Shown piece by piece: positions 15,438 through 33,345 of a stretch of 64,000 bases of DNA. This DNA comes from the human T2T-CHM13v2.0 reference genome, Homo sapiens, in assembly GCF_009914755.1 (NCBI RefSeq), contig NC_060925.1; one strand, 5' to 3'. Numbering within the stretch: position 1 is the first letter of the stretch; each line of letters begins with the position of its first letter. The notes below the pieces were generated by a model. It was not told the DNA's origin. It was given only the letters and a program-made list of their open reading frames with translations, and did no database searches. Position numbers and translations under genes: made by a program.

Positions 15438-17236
15438 GCTGAAGGAGGCGCCTGGCTGCCCCAAGAGCCCAGCCCGGCCCGGCCGTGCCCGCCGGATTGC
15501 AGCCGACACCGCCAGCCCGGGGCCGCGGGGCTCGGATCGGGGACCCCCGAGCCGCTGGCCCGCGGCCTTCCCCCGGCTCCCGCGCTCCCGAGCTTCCACC
15601 ACATCGGGCCCGCTCGGAGCAGGGAGTGCTCCGAGGCGTCAGGGCCCAGGGCCCACGATCCTGGGACGCCCTCCGGTCCTCCGCCCTGTCGCGGAGGCAG
15701 CGTTTTGGATCCCTCGCCGCACAGGGGCTCCTGCGAGGCCCCCTCTTGCCCCACCCACCCAGAGCCGTCAGGGCTGGCCGAAGGCGAACAGCCGGCCCAG
15801 CCGCGCGGGGCCTTTCTCTCACAACGCCCCCACCACGGTCGCTTGTCCCGACCAAGACCCGGCCGGGGGGGCAAGAGGGCGTGGGGTGTAGCGGGTCGGG
15901 GGGTGGCCCTGTTTTGCCCCGGGCTGGCACTAGAGGCGGCGGCCTGATCTCGGGTGAGAGGGCCTGAGAGAAACCCAGACACACCCCACCGCCACCAGGA
16001 GCAAATCCACTCCCCCACACACAGACACACCCGGGCGCGCTCGCACGCGCGCGCGCGGACACACACACACACACACACACACAGACACACACGCACACAC
16101 GCACGCGCACACGCACGCACACACACACGCGGCTTGAAGGAGAGCAAGGACGAGATGGATCGAGAGATAGAGACCGAGGGAGGGAGAGAGACAGCGATCG
16201 AGAGAGACAGGGGATGGCGAGAGGGAAGGAGACAGACAGAGAGGCTGAGAAAGAGAGAGGCACAGAGAAAGAGAGAGAGAGAGACAGAGAGACAGAGGGA
16301 AAACGACAGAAGTAGCGCGAGGTCCAGGGGGAAACCCAGAAGAGAGAGGCGGAGGGAGCTAGAGAGCGAGAGCGATAGAGCCTTAGAGAGGAAGCGCCCG
16401 GCTCCGTTAGGCAGCGCCCTCTTGAGCAGGCCGGGATAGGGTGGAGGGGGCTTGGGCTGCGCCCAGAACACGGGGGCCAGGCGGTCCGTGCGAGAGGACC
16501 AACGGAGCGCTGAGGCGGGCGTTTTCTTGGATGAATTGCTTGCTTTGGAGGTGGGTTTCGTAGGCTCCTGCCTTTCTTGGCACCTCCCTGTGCTCTGGGT
16601 GCCTTGCGGCGGGCCCCGAGATTTGCAGAGCGCGCCCGCCCGTTTGGCGGGAGCCGTGGCACCGGGCGGGCCCGGAGGCCTGGGTCTCTGGCGAGTCCTC
16701 GGGACTGGAGTCGTCGACACGAAGCGGGGGGCATTGGGAATCCCGGGTGCACAGGGCCTGTTTTCCCGGTGGCTGGCGAAGCAATGTCCTTCCCCCGGGT
16801 AAAGCAGCCCATGCGTTCCGGAGCCGACGTCTTGGCTGGCGTCTGTGGCACCCGCTGCCCCTGCCCGCCCCTTCCCCCGGTTTGGAAGGGTGCGACGACG
16901 GCGCCCGATGGGTGAATTGAATCGCCTGGGCGTTCCGGGAGCGGGAAGGCACCGCGAACGGCAGGGAACCCAGCGGCTGCGCCTTTGGGGCCCGGGCCCC
17001 TGCCCTCCCAGGCTGGAGCCGGGCTCCTGGCGGGGCGGCGGCGAGGCGGAAGCGGTGGGATGCTGCTGCCCGGCCGGCGTGCAGTAGGGGCGGACCCCCA
17101 GCAGGAGGACCCCGGCTGCGGGCTGCGGCGGGGGTGTAGGTGGGCGGTAAAGGGGGAGCAGAGTCAGGGGAGGTTGGGAAGCATGGCGATTGTGGGGGGA
17201 AGGGAGGCAGCGGGGAAGCCACAAAAGCCTACAGCA

Positions 17237-17677
<441 letters not shown>

Positions 17678-19476
17678 GCTGAAGGAGGCGCCTGGCTGCC
17701 CCAAGAGCCCAGCCCGGCCCGGCCGTGCCCGCCGGATTGCAGCCGACACCGCCAGCCCGGGGCCGCGGGGCTCGGATCGGGGACCCCCGAGCCGCTGGCC
17801 CGCGGCCTTCCCCCGGCTCCCGCGCTCCCGAGCTTCCACCACATCGGGCCCGCTCGGAGCAGGGAGTGCTCCGAGGCGTCAGGGCCCAGGGCCCACGATC
17901 CTGGGACGCCCTCCGGTCCTCCGCCCTGTCGCGGAGGCAGCGTTTTGGATCCCTCGCCGCACAGGGGCTCCTGCGAGGCCCCCTCTTGCCCCACCCACCC
18001 AGAGCCGTCAGGGCTGGCCGAAGGCGAACAGCCGGCCCAGCCGCGCGGGGCCTTTCTCTCACAACGCCCCCACCACGGTCGCTTGTCCCGACCAAGACCC
18101 GGCCGGGGGGGCAAGAGGGCGTGGGGTGTAGCGGGTCGGGGGGTGGCCCTGTTTTGCCCCGGGCTGGCACTAGAGGCGGCGGCCTGATCTCGGGTGAGAG
18201 GGCCTGAGAGAAACCCAGACACACCCCACCGCCACCAGGAGCAAATCCACTCCCCCACACACAGACACACCCGGGCGCGCTCGCACGCGCGCGCGCGGAC
18301 ACACACACACACACCCACACACAGACACACACGCACACACGCACGCGCACACGCACGCACACACACACGCGGCTTGAAGGAGAGCAAGGACGAGATGGAT
18401 CGAGAGATAGAGACCGAGGGAGGGAGAGAGACAGCGATCGAGAGAGACAGGGGAGGGCGAGAGGGAAGGAGACAGACAGAGAGGCTGAGAAAGAGAGAGG
18501 CACAGAGAAAGAGAGAGAGAGAGACAGAGAGACAGAGGGAAAACGACAGAAGTAGCGCGAGGTCCAGGGGGAAACCCAGAAGAGAGAGGCGGAGGGAGCT
18601 AGAGAGCGAGAGCGATAGAGCCTTAGAGAGGAAGCGCCCGGCTCCGTTAGGCAGCGCCCTCTTGAGCAGGCCGGGATAGGGTGGAGGGGGCTTGGGCTGC
18701 GCCCAGAACACGGGGGCCAGGCGGTCCGTGCGAGAGGACCAACGGAGCGCTGAGGCGGGCGTTTTCTTGGATGAATTGCTTGCTTTGGAGGTGGGTTTCG
18801 TAGGCTCCTGCCTTTCTTGGCACCTCCCTGTGCTCTGGGTGCCTTGCGGCGGGCCCCGAGATTTGCAGAGCGCGCCCGCCCGTTTGGCGGGAGCCGTGGC
18901 ACCGGGCGGGCCCGGAGGCCTGGGTCTCTGGCGAGTCCTCGGGACTGGAGTCGTCGACACGAAGCGGGGGGCATTGGGAATCCCGGGTGCACAGGGCCTG
19001 TTTTCCCGGTGGCTGGCGAAGCAATGTCCTTCCCCCGGGTAAAGCAGCCCATGCGTTCCGGAGCCGACGTCTTGGCTGGCGTCTGTGGCACCCGCTGCCC
19101 CTGCCCGCCCCTTCCCCCGGTTTGGAAGGGTGCGACGACGGCGCCCGATGGGTGAATTGAATCGCCTGGGCGTTCCGGGAGCGGGAAGGCACCGCGAACG
19201 GCAGGGAACCCAGCGGCTGCGCCTTTGGGGCCCGGGCCCCTGCCCTCCCAGGCTGGAGCCGGGCTCCTGGCGGGGCGGCGGCGAGGCGGAAGCGGTGGGA
19301 TGCTGCTGCCCGGCCGGCGTGCAGTAGGGGCGGACCCCCAGCAGGAGGACCCCGGCTGCGGGCTGCGGCGGGGGTGTAGGTGGGCGGTAAAGGGGGAGCA
19401 GAGTCAGGGGAGGTTGGGAAGCATGGCGATTGTGGGGGGAAGGGAGGCAGCGGGGAAGCCACAAAAGCCTACAGCA

Positions 19477-19917
<441 letters not shown>

Positions 19918-21716
19918 GCTGAAGGAGGCGCCTGGCTGCCCCAAGAGCCCAGCCCGGCCCGGCCGTGCCCGCCGGATTGCAGCCGACACCGCCAGCCCGG
20001 GGCCGCGGGGCTCGGATCGGGGACCCCCGAGCCGCTGGCCCGCGGCCTTCCCCCGGCTCCCGCGCTCCCGAGCTTCCACCACATCGGGCCCGCTCGGAGC
20101 AGGGAGTGCTCCGAGGCGTCAGGGCCCAGGGCCCACGATCCTGGGACGCCCTCCGGTCCTCCGCCCTGTCGCGGAGGCAGCGTTTTGGATCCCTCGCCGC
20201 ACAGGGGCTCCTGCGAGGCCCCCTCTTGCCCCACCCACCCAGAGCCGTCAGGGCTGGCCGAAGGCGAACAGCCGGCCCAGCCTCGCGGGGCCTTTCTCTC
20301 ACAACGCCCCCACCACGGTCGCTTGTCCCGACCAAGACCCGGCCGGGGGGGCAAGAGGGCGTGGGGTGTAGCGGGTCGGGGGGTGGCCCTGTTTTGCCCC
20401 GGGCTGGCACTAGAGGCGGCGGCCTGATCTCGGGTGAGAGGGCCTGAGAGAAACCCAGACACACCCCACCGCCACCAGGAGCAAATCCACTCCCCCACAC
20501 ACAGACACACCCGGGCGCGCTCGCACGCGCGCGCGCGGACACACACACACACACCCACACACAGACACACACGCACACACGCACGCGCACACGCACGCAC
20601 ACACACACGCGGCTTGAAGGAGAGCAAGGACGAGATGGATCGAGAGATAGAGACCGAGGGAGGGAGAGAGACAGCGATCGAGAGAGACAGGGGAGGGCGA
20701 GAGGGAAGGAGACAGACAGAGAGGCTGAGAAAGAGAGAGGCACAGAGAAAGAGAGAGAGAGAGACAGAGAGACAGAGGGAAAACGACAGAAGTAGCGCGA
20801 GGTCCAGGGGGAAACCCAGAAGAGAGAGGCGGAGGGAGCTAGAGAGCGAGAGCGATAGAGCCTTAGAGAGGAAGCGCCCGGCTCCGTTAGGCAGCGCCCT
20901 CTTGAGCAGGCCGGGATAGGGTGGAGGGGGCTTGGGCTGCGCCCAGAACACGGGGGCCAGGCGGTCCGTGCGAGAGGACCAACGGAGCGCTGAGGCGGGC
21001 GTTTTCTTGGATGAATTGCTTGCTTTGGAGGTGGGTTTCGTAGGCTCCTGCCTTTCTTGGCACCTCCCTGTGCTCTGGGTGCCTTGCGGCGGGCCCCGAG
21101 ATTTGCAGAGCGCGCCCGCCCGTTTGGCGGGAGCCGTGGCACCGGGCGGGCCCGGAGGCCTGGGTCTCTGGCGAGTCCTCGGGACTGGAGTCGTCGACAC
21201 GAAGCGGGGGGCATTGGGAATCCCGGGTGCACAGGGCCTGCTTTCCCGGTGGCTGGCGAAGCAATGTCCTTCCCCCGGGTAAAGCAGCCCATGCGTTCCG
21301 GAGCCGACGTCTTGGCTGGCGTCTGTGGCACCCGCTGCCCCTGCCCGCCCCTTCCCCCGGTTTGGAAGGGTGCGACGACGGCGCCCGATGGGTGAATTGA
21401 ATCGCCTGGGCGTTCCGGGAGCGGGAAGGCACCGCGAACGGCAGGGAACCCAGCGGCTGCGCCTTTGGGGCCCGGGCCCCTGCCCTCCCAGGCTGGAGCC
21501 GGGCTCCTGGCGGGGCGGCGGCGAGGCGGAAGCGGTGGGATGCTGCTGCCCGGCCGGCGTGCAGTAGGGGCGGACCCCCAGCAGGAGGACCCCGGCTGCG
21601 GGCTGCGGCGGGGGTGTAGGTGGGCGGTAAAGGGGGAGCAGAGTCAGGGGAGGTTGGGAAGCATGGCGATTGTGGGGGGAAGGGAGGCAGCGGGGAAGCC
21701 ACAAAAGCCTACAGCA

Positions 21717-22157
<441 letters not shown>

Positions 22158-23955
22158 GCTGAAGGAGGCGCCTGGCTGCCCCAAGAGCCCAGCCCGGCCC
22201 GGCCGTGCCCGCCGGATTGCAGCCGACACCGCCAGCCCGGGGCCGCGGGGCTCGGATCGGGGACCCCCGAGCCGCTGGCCCGCGGCCTTCCCCCGGCTCC
22301 CGCGCTCCCGAGCTTCCACCACATCGGGCCCGCTCGGAGCAGGGAGTGCTCCGAGGCGTCAGGGCCCAGGGCCCACGATCCTGGGACGCCCTCCGGTCCT
22401 CCGCCCTGTCGCGGAGGCAGCGTTTTGGATCCCTCGCCGCACAGGGGCTCCTGCGAGGCCCCCTCTTGCCCCACCCACCCAGAGCCGTCAGGGCTGGCCG
22501 AAGGCGAACAGCCGGCCCAGCCTCGCGGGGCCTTTCTCTCACAACGCCCCCACCACGGTCGCTTGTCCCGACCAAGACCCGGCCGGGGGGGCAAGAGGGC
22601 GTGGGGTGTAGCGGGTCGGGGGGTGGCCCTGTTTTGCCCCGGGCTGGCACTAGAGGCGGCGGCCTGATCTCGGGTGAGAGGGCCTGAGAGAAACCCAGAC
22701 ACACCCCACCGCCACCAGGAGCAAATCCACTCCCCCACACACAGACACACCCGGGCGCGCTCGCACGCGCGCGCGCGGACACACACACACACACACACAC
22801 ACAGACACACACGCACACACGCACGCGCACACGCACGCACACACACACGCGGCTTGAAGGAGAGCAAGGACGAGATGGATCGAGAGATAGAGACCGAGGG
22901 AGGGAGAGAGACAGCGATCGAGAGAGACAGGGGAGGGCGAGAGGGAAGGAGACAGACAGAGAGGCTGAGAAAGAGAGAGGCACAGAGAAAGAGAGAGAGA
23001 GAGACAGAGAGACAGAGGGAAAACGACAGAAGTAGCGCGAGGTCCAGGGGGAAACCCAGAAGAGAGAGGCGGAGGGAGCTAGAGAGCGAGAGCGATAGAG
23101 CCTTAGAGAGGAAGCGCCCGGCTCCGTTAGGCAGCGCCCTCTTGAGCAGGCCGGGATAGGGTGGAGGGGGCTTGGGCTGCGCCCAGAACACGGGGGCCAG
23201 GCGGTCCGTGCGAGAGGACCAACGGAGCGCTGAGGCGGGCGTTTTCTTGGATGAATTGCTTGCTTTGGAGGTGGGTTTCGTAGGCTCCTGCCTTTCTTGG
23301 CACCTCCCTGTGCTCTGGGTGCCTTGCGGCGGGCCCCGAGATTTGCAGAGCACGCCCGCCCGTTTGGCGGGAGCCGTGGCACCGGGCGGGCCCGGAGGCC
23401 TGGGTCTCTGGCGAGTCCTCGGGACTGGAGTCGTCGACACGAAGCGGGGGGCATTGGGAATCCCGGGTGCACAGGGCCTGCTTTCCCGGTGGCTGGCGAA
23501 GCAATGTCCTTCCCCCGGGTAAAGCAGCCCATGCGTTCCGGAGCCGACGTCTTGGCTGGCGTCTGTGGCACCCGCTGCCCCTGCCCGCCCCTTCCCCCGG
23601 TTTGGAAGGGTGCGACGACGGCGCCCGATGGGTGAATTGAATCTCCTGGGCGTTCCGGGAGCGGGAAGGCACCGCGAACGGCAGGGAACCCAGCGGCTGC
23701 GCCTTTGGGGCCCGGCCCCCTGCCCTCCCAGGCTGGAGCCGGGCTCCTGGCGGGGCGGCGGCGAGGCGGAAGCGGTGGGATGCTGCTGCCCGGCCGGCGT
23801 GCAGTAGGGGCGGACCCCCAGCAGGAGGACCCCGGCTGCGGCTGCAGCGGGGGTGTAGGTGGGCGGTAAAGGGGGAGCAGAGTCAGGGGAGGTTGGGAAG
23901 CATGGCGATTGTGGGGGGAAGGGAGGCAGCGGGGAAGCCACAAAAGCCTACAGCA

Positions 23956-24396
<441 letters not shown>

Positions 24397-26195
24397 GCTG
24401 AAGGAGGCGCCTGGCTGCCCCAAGAGCCCAGCCCGGCCCGGCCGTGCCCGCCGGATTGCAGCCGACACCGCCAGCCCGGGGCCGCGGGGCTCGGATCGGG
24501 GCCCCCCGAGCCGCTGGCCCGCGGCCTTCCCCCGGCTCCCGCGCTCCCGAGCTTCCACCACATCGGGCCCGCTCGGAGCAGGGAGTGCTCCGAGGCGTCA
24601 GGGCCCAGGGCCCACGATCCTGGGACGCCCTCCGGTCCTCCGCCCTGTCGCGGAGGCAGCGTTTTGGATCCCTCGCCGCACAGGGGCTCCTGCGAGGCCC
24701 CCTCTTGCCCCACCCACCCAGAGCCGTCAGGGCTGGCCGAAGGCGAACAGCCGGCCCAGCCTCGCGGGGCCTTTCTCTCACAACGCCCCCACCACGGTCG
24801 CTTGTCCCGACCAAGACCCGGCCGGGGGGGCAAGAGGGCGTGGGGTGTAGCGGGTCGGGGGGTGGCCCTGTTTTGCCCCGGGCTGGCACTAGAGGCGGCG
24901 GCCTGATCTCGGGTGAGAGGGCCTGAGAGAAACCCAGACACACCCCACCGCCACCAGGAGCAAATCCACTCCCCCACACACAGACACACCCGGGCGCGCT
25001 CGCACGCGCGCGCGCGGACACACACACACACACACACACACAGACACACACGCACACACGCACGCGCACACGCACGCACACACACACGCGGCTTGAAGGA
25101 GAGCAAGGACGAGATGGATCGAGAGATAGAGACCGAGGGAGGGAGAGAGACAGCGATCGAGAGAGACAGGGGATGGCGAGAGGGAAGGAGACAGACAGAG
25201 AGGCTGAGAAAGAGAGAGGCACAGAGAAAGAGAGAGAGAGAGACAGAGAGACAGAGGGAAAACGACAGAAGTAGCGCGAGGTCCAGGGGGAAACCCAGAA
25301 GAGAGAGGCGGAGGGAGCTAGAGAGCGAGAGCGATAGAGCCTTAGAGAGGAAGCGCCCGGCTCCGTTAGGCAGCGCCCTCTTGAGCAGGCCGGGATAGGG
25401 TGGAGGGGGCTTGGGCTGCGCCCAGAACACGGGGGCCAGGCGGTCCGTGCGAGAGGACCAACGGAGCGCTGAGGCGGGCGTTTTCTTGGATGAATTGCTT
25501 GCTTTGGAGGTGGGTTTCGTAGGCTCCTGCCTTTCTTGGCACCTCCCTGTGCTCTGGGTGCCTTGCGGCGGGCCCCGAGATTTGCAGAGCGCGCCCGCCC
25601 GTTTGGCGGGAGCCGTGGCACCGGGCGGGCCCGGAGGCCTGGGTCTCTGGCGAGTCCTCGGGACTGGAGTCGTCGACACGAAGCGGGGGGCATTGGGAAT
25701 CCCGGGTGCACAGGGCCTGCTTTCCCGGTGGCTGGCGAAGCAATGTCCTTCCCCCGGGTAAAGCAGCCCATGCGTTCCGGAGCCGACGTCTTGGCTGGCG
25801 TCTGTGGCACCCGCTGCCCCTGCCCGCCCCTTCCCCCGGTTTGGAAGGGTGCGACGACGGCGCCCGATGGGTGAATTGAATCGCCTGGGCGTTCCGGGAG
25901 CGGGAAGGCACCGCGAACGGCAGGGAACCCAGCGGCTGCGCCTTTGGGGCCCGGGCCCCTGCCCTCCCAGGCTGGAGCCGGGCTCCTGGCGGGGCGGCGG
26001 CGAGGCGGAAGCGGTGGGATGCTGCTGCCCGGCCGGCGTGCAGTAGGGGCGGACCCCCAGCAGGAGGACCCCGGCTGCGGGCTGCGGCGGGGGTGTAGGT
26101 GGGCGGTAAAGGGGGAGCAGAGTCAGGGGAGGTTGGGAAGCATGGCGATTGTGGGGGGAAGGGAGGCAGCGGGGAAGCCACAAAAGCCTACAGCA

Positions 26196-26636
<441 letters not shown>

Positions 26637-28435
26637 GCTGAAGGAGGCGCCTGGCTGCCCCAAGAGCCCAGCCCGGCCCGGCCGTGCCCGCCGGATTGCA
26701 GCCGACACCGCCAGCCCGGGGCCGCGGGGCTCGGATCGGGGACCCCCGAGCCGCTGGCCCGCGGCCTTCCCCCGGCTCCCGCGCTCCCGAGCTTCCACCA
26801 CATCGGGCCCGCTCGGAGCAGGGAGTGCTCCGAGGCGTCAGGGCCCAGGGCCCACGATCCTGGGACGCCCTCCGGTCCTCCGCCCTGTCGCGGAGGCAGC
26901 GTTTTGGATCCCTCGCCGCACAGGGGCTCCTGCGAGGCCCCCTCTTGCCCCACCCACCCAGAGCCGTCAGGGCTGGCCGAAGGCGAACAGCCGGCCCAGC
27001 CTCGCGGGGCCTTTCTCTCACAACGCCCCCACCACGGTCGCTTGTCCCGACCAAGACCCGGCCGGGGGGGCAAGAGGGCGTGGGGTGTAGCGGGTCGGGG
27101 GGTGGCCCTGTTTTGCCCCGGGCTGGCACTAGAGGCGGCGGCCTGATCTCGGGTGAGAGGGCCTGAGAGAAACCCAGACACACCCCACCGCCACCAGGAG
27201 CAAATCCACTCCCCCACACACAGACACACCCGGGCGCGCTCGCACGCGCGCACGCGGACACACACACACACACCCACACACAGACACACACGCACACACG
27301 CACGCGCACACGCACGCACACACACACGCGGCTTGAAGGAGAGCAAGGACGAGATGGATCGAGAGATAGAGACCGAGGGAGGGAGAGAGACAGCGATCGA
27401 GAGAGACAGGGGAGGGCGAGAGGGAAGGAGACAGACAGAGAGGCTGAGAAAGAGAGAGGCACAGAGAAAGAGAGAGAGAGAGACAGAGAGACAGAGGGAA
27501 AACGACAGAAGTAGCGCGAGGTCCAGGGGGAAACCCAGAAGAGAGAGGCGGAGGGAGCTAGAGAGCGAGAGCGATAGAGCCTTAGAGAGGAAGCGCCCGG
27601 CTCCGTTAGGCAGCGCCCTCTTGAGCAGGCCGGGATAGGGTGGAGGGGGCTTGGGCTGCGCCCAGAACACGGGGGCCAGGCGGTCCGTGCGAGAGGACCA
27701 ACGGAGCGCTGAGGCGGGCGTTTTCTTGGATGAATTGCTTGCTTTGGAGGTGGGTTTCGTAGGCTCCTGCCTTTCTTGGCACCTCCCTGTGCTCTGGGTG
27801 CCTTGCGGCGGGCCCCGAGATTTGCAGAGCGCGCCCGCCCGTTTGGCGGGAGCCGTGGCACCGGGCGGGCCCGGAGGCCTGGGTCTCTGGCGAGTCCTCG
27901 GGACTGGAGTCGTCGACACGAAGCGGGGGGCATTGGGAATCCCGGGTGCACAGGGCCTGTTTTCCCGGTGGCTGGCGAAGCAATGTCCTTCCCCCGGGTA
28001 AAGCAGCCCATGCGTTCCGGAGCCGACGTCTTGGCTGGCGTCTGTGGCACCCGCTGCCCCTGCCCGCCCCTTCCCCCGGTTTGGAAGGGTGCGACGACGG
28101 CGCCCGATGGGTGAATTGAATCGCCTGGGCGTTCCGGGAGCGGGAAGGCACCGCGAACGGCAGGGAACCCAGCGGCTGCGCCTTTGGGGCCCGGGCCCCT
28201 GCCCTCCCAGGCTGGAGCCGGGCTCCTGGCGGGGCGGCGGCGAGGCGGAAGCGGTGGGATGCTGCTGCCCGGCCGGCGTGCAGTAGGGGCGGACCCCCAG
28301 CAGGAGGACCCCGGCTGCGGGCTGCGGCGGGGGTGTAGGTGGGCGGTAAAGGGGGAGCAGAGTCAGGGGAGGTTGGGAAGCATGGCGATTGTGGGGGGAA
28401 GGGAGGCAGCGGGGAAGCCACAAAAGCCTACAGCA

Positions 28436-28876
<441 letters not shown>

Positions 28877-30665
28877 GCTGAAGGAGGCGCCTGGCTGCCC
28901 CAAGAGCCCAGCCCGGCCCGGCCGTGCCCGCCGGATTGCAGCCGACACCGCCAGCCCGGGGCCGCGGGGCTCGGATCGGGGACCCCCGAGCCGCTGGCCC
29001 GCGGCCTTCCCCCGGCTCCCGCGCTCCCGAGCTTCCACCACATCGGGCCCGCTCGGAGCAGGGAGTGCTCCGAGGCGTCAGGGCCCAGGGCCCACGATCC
29101 TGGGACGCCCTCCGGTCCTCCGCCCTGTCGCGGAGGCAGCGTTTTGGATCCCTCGCCGCACAGGGGCTCCTGCGAGGCCCCCTCTTGCCCCACCCACCCA
29201 GAGCCGTCAGGGCTGGCCGAAGGCGAACAGCCGGCCCAGCCTCGCGGGGCCTTTCTCTCACAACGCCCCCACCACGGTCGCTTGTCCCGACCAAGACCCG
29301 GCCGGGGGGGCAAGAGGGCGTGGGGTGTAGCGGGTCGGGGGGTGGCCCTGTTTTGCCCCGGGCTGGCACTAGAGGCGGCGGCCTGATCTCGGGTGAGAGG
29401 GCCTGAGAGAAACCCAGACACACCCCACCGCCACCAGGAGCAAATCCACTCCCCCACACACAGACACACCCGGGCGCGCTCGCACGCGCGCGCGCGGACA
29501 CACCCACACACAGACACACACGCACACACGCACGCGCACACGCACGCACACACACACGCGGCTTGAAGGAGAGCAAGGACGAGATGGATCGAGAGATAGA
29601 GACCGAGGGAGGGAGAGAGACAGCGATCGAGAGAGACAGGGGAGGGCGAGAGGGAAGGAGACAGACAGAGAGGCTGAGAAAGAGAGAGGCACAGAGAAAG
29701 AGAGAGAGAGAGACAGAGAGACAGAGGGAAAACGACAGAAGTAGCGCGAGGTCCAGGGGGAAACCCAGAAGAGAGAGGCGGAGGGAGCTAGAGAGCGAGA
29801 GCGATAGAGCCTTAGAGAGGAAGCGCCCGGCTCCGTTAGGCAGCGCCCTCTTGAGCAGGCCGGGATAGGGTGGAGGGGGCTTGGGCTGCGCCCAGAACAC
29901 GGGGGCCAGGCGGTCCGTGCGAGAGGACCAACGGAGCGCTGAGGCGGGCGTTTTCTTGGATGAATTGCTTGCTTTGGAGGTGGGTTTCGTAGGCTCCTGC
30001 CTTTCTTGGCACCTCCCTGTGCTCTGGGTGCCTTGCGGCGGGCCCCGAGATTTGCAGAGCGCGCCCGCCCGTTTGGCGGGAGCCGTGGCACCGGGCGGGC
30101 CCGGAGGCCTGGGTCTCTGGCGAGTCCTCGGGACTGGAGTCGTCGACACGAAGCGGGGGGCATTGGGAATCCCGGGTGCACAGGGCCTGCTTTCCCGGTG
30201 GCTGGCGAAGCAATGTCCTTCCCCCGGGTAAAGCAGCCCATGCGTTCCGGAGCCGACGTCTTGGCTGGCGTCTGTGGCACCCGCTGCCCCTGCCCGCCCC
30301 TTCCCCCGGTTTGGAAGGGTGCGACGACGGCGCCCGATGGGTGAATTGAATCGCCTGGGCGTTCCGGGAGCGGGAAGGCACCGCGAACGGCAGGGAACCC
30401 AGCGGCTGCGCCTTTGGGGCCCGGGCCCCTGCCCTCCCAGGCTGGAGCCGGGCTCCTGGCGGGGCGGCGGCGAGGCGGAAGCGGTGGGATGCTGCTGCCC
30501 GGCCGGCGTGCAGTAGGGGCGGACCCCCAGCAGGAGGACCCCGGCTGCGGGCTGCGGCGGGGGTGTAGGTGGGCGGTAAAGGGGGAGCAGAGTCAGGGGA
30601 GGTTGGGAAGCATGGCGATTGTGGGGGGAAGGGAGGCAGCGGGGAAGCCACAAAAGCCTACAGCA

Positions 30666-31106
<441 letters not shown>

Positions 31107-32904
31107 GCTGAAGGAGGCGCCTGGCTGCCCCAAGAGCCCAGCCCGGCCCGGCCGTGCCCGCCGGATTGCAGCCGACACCGCCAGCCCGGGGCCGCGGGGC
31201 TCGGATCGGGGACCCCCGAGCCGCTGGCCCGCGGCCTTCCCCCGGCTCCCGCGCTCCCGAGCTTCCACCACATCGGGCCCGCTCGGAGCAGGGAGTGCTC
31301 CGAGGCGTCAGGGCCCAGGGCCCACGATCCTGGGACGCCCTCCGGTCCTCCGCCCTGTCGCGGAGGCAGCGTTTTGGATCCCTCGCCGCACAGGGGCTCC
31401 TGCGAGGCCCCCTCTTGCCCCACCCACCCAGAGCCGTCAGGGCTGGCCGAAGGCGAACAGCCGGCCCAGCCTCGCGGGGCCTTTCTCTCACAACGCCCCC
31501 ACCACGGTCGCTTGTCCCGACCAAGACCCGGCCGGGGGGGCAAGAGGGCGTGGGGTGTAGCGGGTCGGGGGGTGGCCCTGTTTTGCCCCGGGCTGGCACT
31601 AGAGGCGGCGGCCTGATCTCGGGTGAGAGGGCCTGAGAGAAACCCAGACACACCCCACCGCCACCAGGAGCAAATCCACTCCCCCACACACAGACACACC
31701 CGGGCGCGCTCGCACGCGCGCGCGCGGACACACACACACACACACACACACAGACACACACGCACACACGCACGCGCACACGCACGCACACACACACGCG
31801 GCTTGAAGGAGAGCAAGGACGAGATGGATCGAGAGATAGAGACCGAGGGAGGGAGAGAGACAGCGATCGAGAGAGACAGGGGAGGGCGAGAGGGAAGGAG
31901 ACAGACAGAGAGGCTGAGAAAGAGAGAGGCACAGAGAAAGAGAGAGAGAGAGACAGAGAGACAGAGGGAAAACGACAGAAGTAGCGCGAGGTCCAGGGGG
32001 AAACCCAGAAGAGAGAGGCGGAGGGAGCTAGAGAGCGAGAGCGATAGAGCCTTAGAGAGGAAGCGCCCGGCTCCGTTAGGCAGCGCCCTCTTGAGCAGGC
32101 CGGGATAGGGTGGAGGGGGCTTGGGCTGCGCCCAGAACACGGGGGCCAGGCGGTCCGTGCGAGAGGACCAACGGAGCGCTGAGGCGGGCGTTTTCTTGGA
32201 TGAATTGCTTGCTTTGGAGGTGGGTTTCGTAGGCTCCTGCCTTTCTTGGCACCTCCCTGTGCTCTGGGTGCCTTGCGGCGGGCCCCGAGATTTGCAGAGC
32301 ACGCCCGCCCGTTTGGCGGGAGCCGTGGCACCGGGCGGGCCCGGAGGCCTGGGTCTCTGGCGAGTCCTCGGGACTGGAGTCGTCGACACGAAGCGGGGGG
32401 CATTGGGAATCCCGGGTGCACAGGGCCTGCTTTCCCGGTGGCTGGCGAAGCAATGTCCTTCCCCCGGGTAAAGCAGCCCATGCGTTCCGGAGCCGACGTC
32501 TTGGCTGGCGTCTGTGGCACCCGCTGCCCCTGCCCGCCCCTTCCCCCGGTTTGGAAGGGTGCGACGACGGCGCCCGATGGGTGAATTGAATCGCCTGGGC
32601 GTTCCGGGAGCGGGAAGGCACCGCGAACGGCAGGGAACCCAGCGGCTGCGCCTTTGGGGCCCGGGCCCCTGCCCTCCCAGGCTGGAGCCGGGCTCCTGGC
32701 GGGGCGGCGGCGAGGCGGAAGCGGTGGGATGCTGCTGCCCGGCCGGCGTGCAGTAGGGGCGGACCCCCAGCAGGAGGACCCCGGCTGCGGCTGCGGCGGG
32801 GGTGTAGGTGGGCGGTAAAGGGGGAGCAGAGTCAGGGGAGGTTGGGAAGCATGGCGATTGTGGGGGGAAGGGAGGCAGCGGGGAAGCCACAAAAGCCTAC
32901 AGCA

Positions 32905-33345
<441 letters not shown>
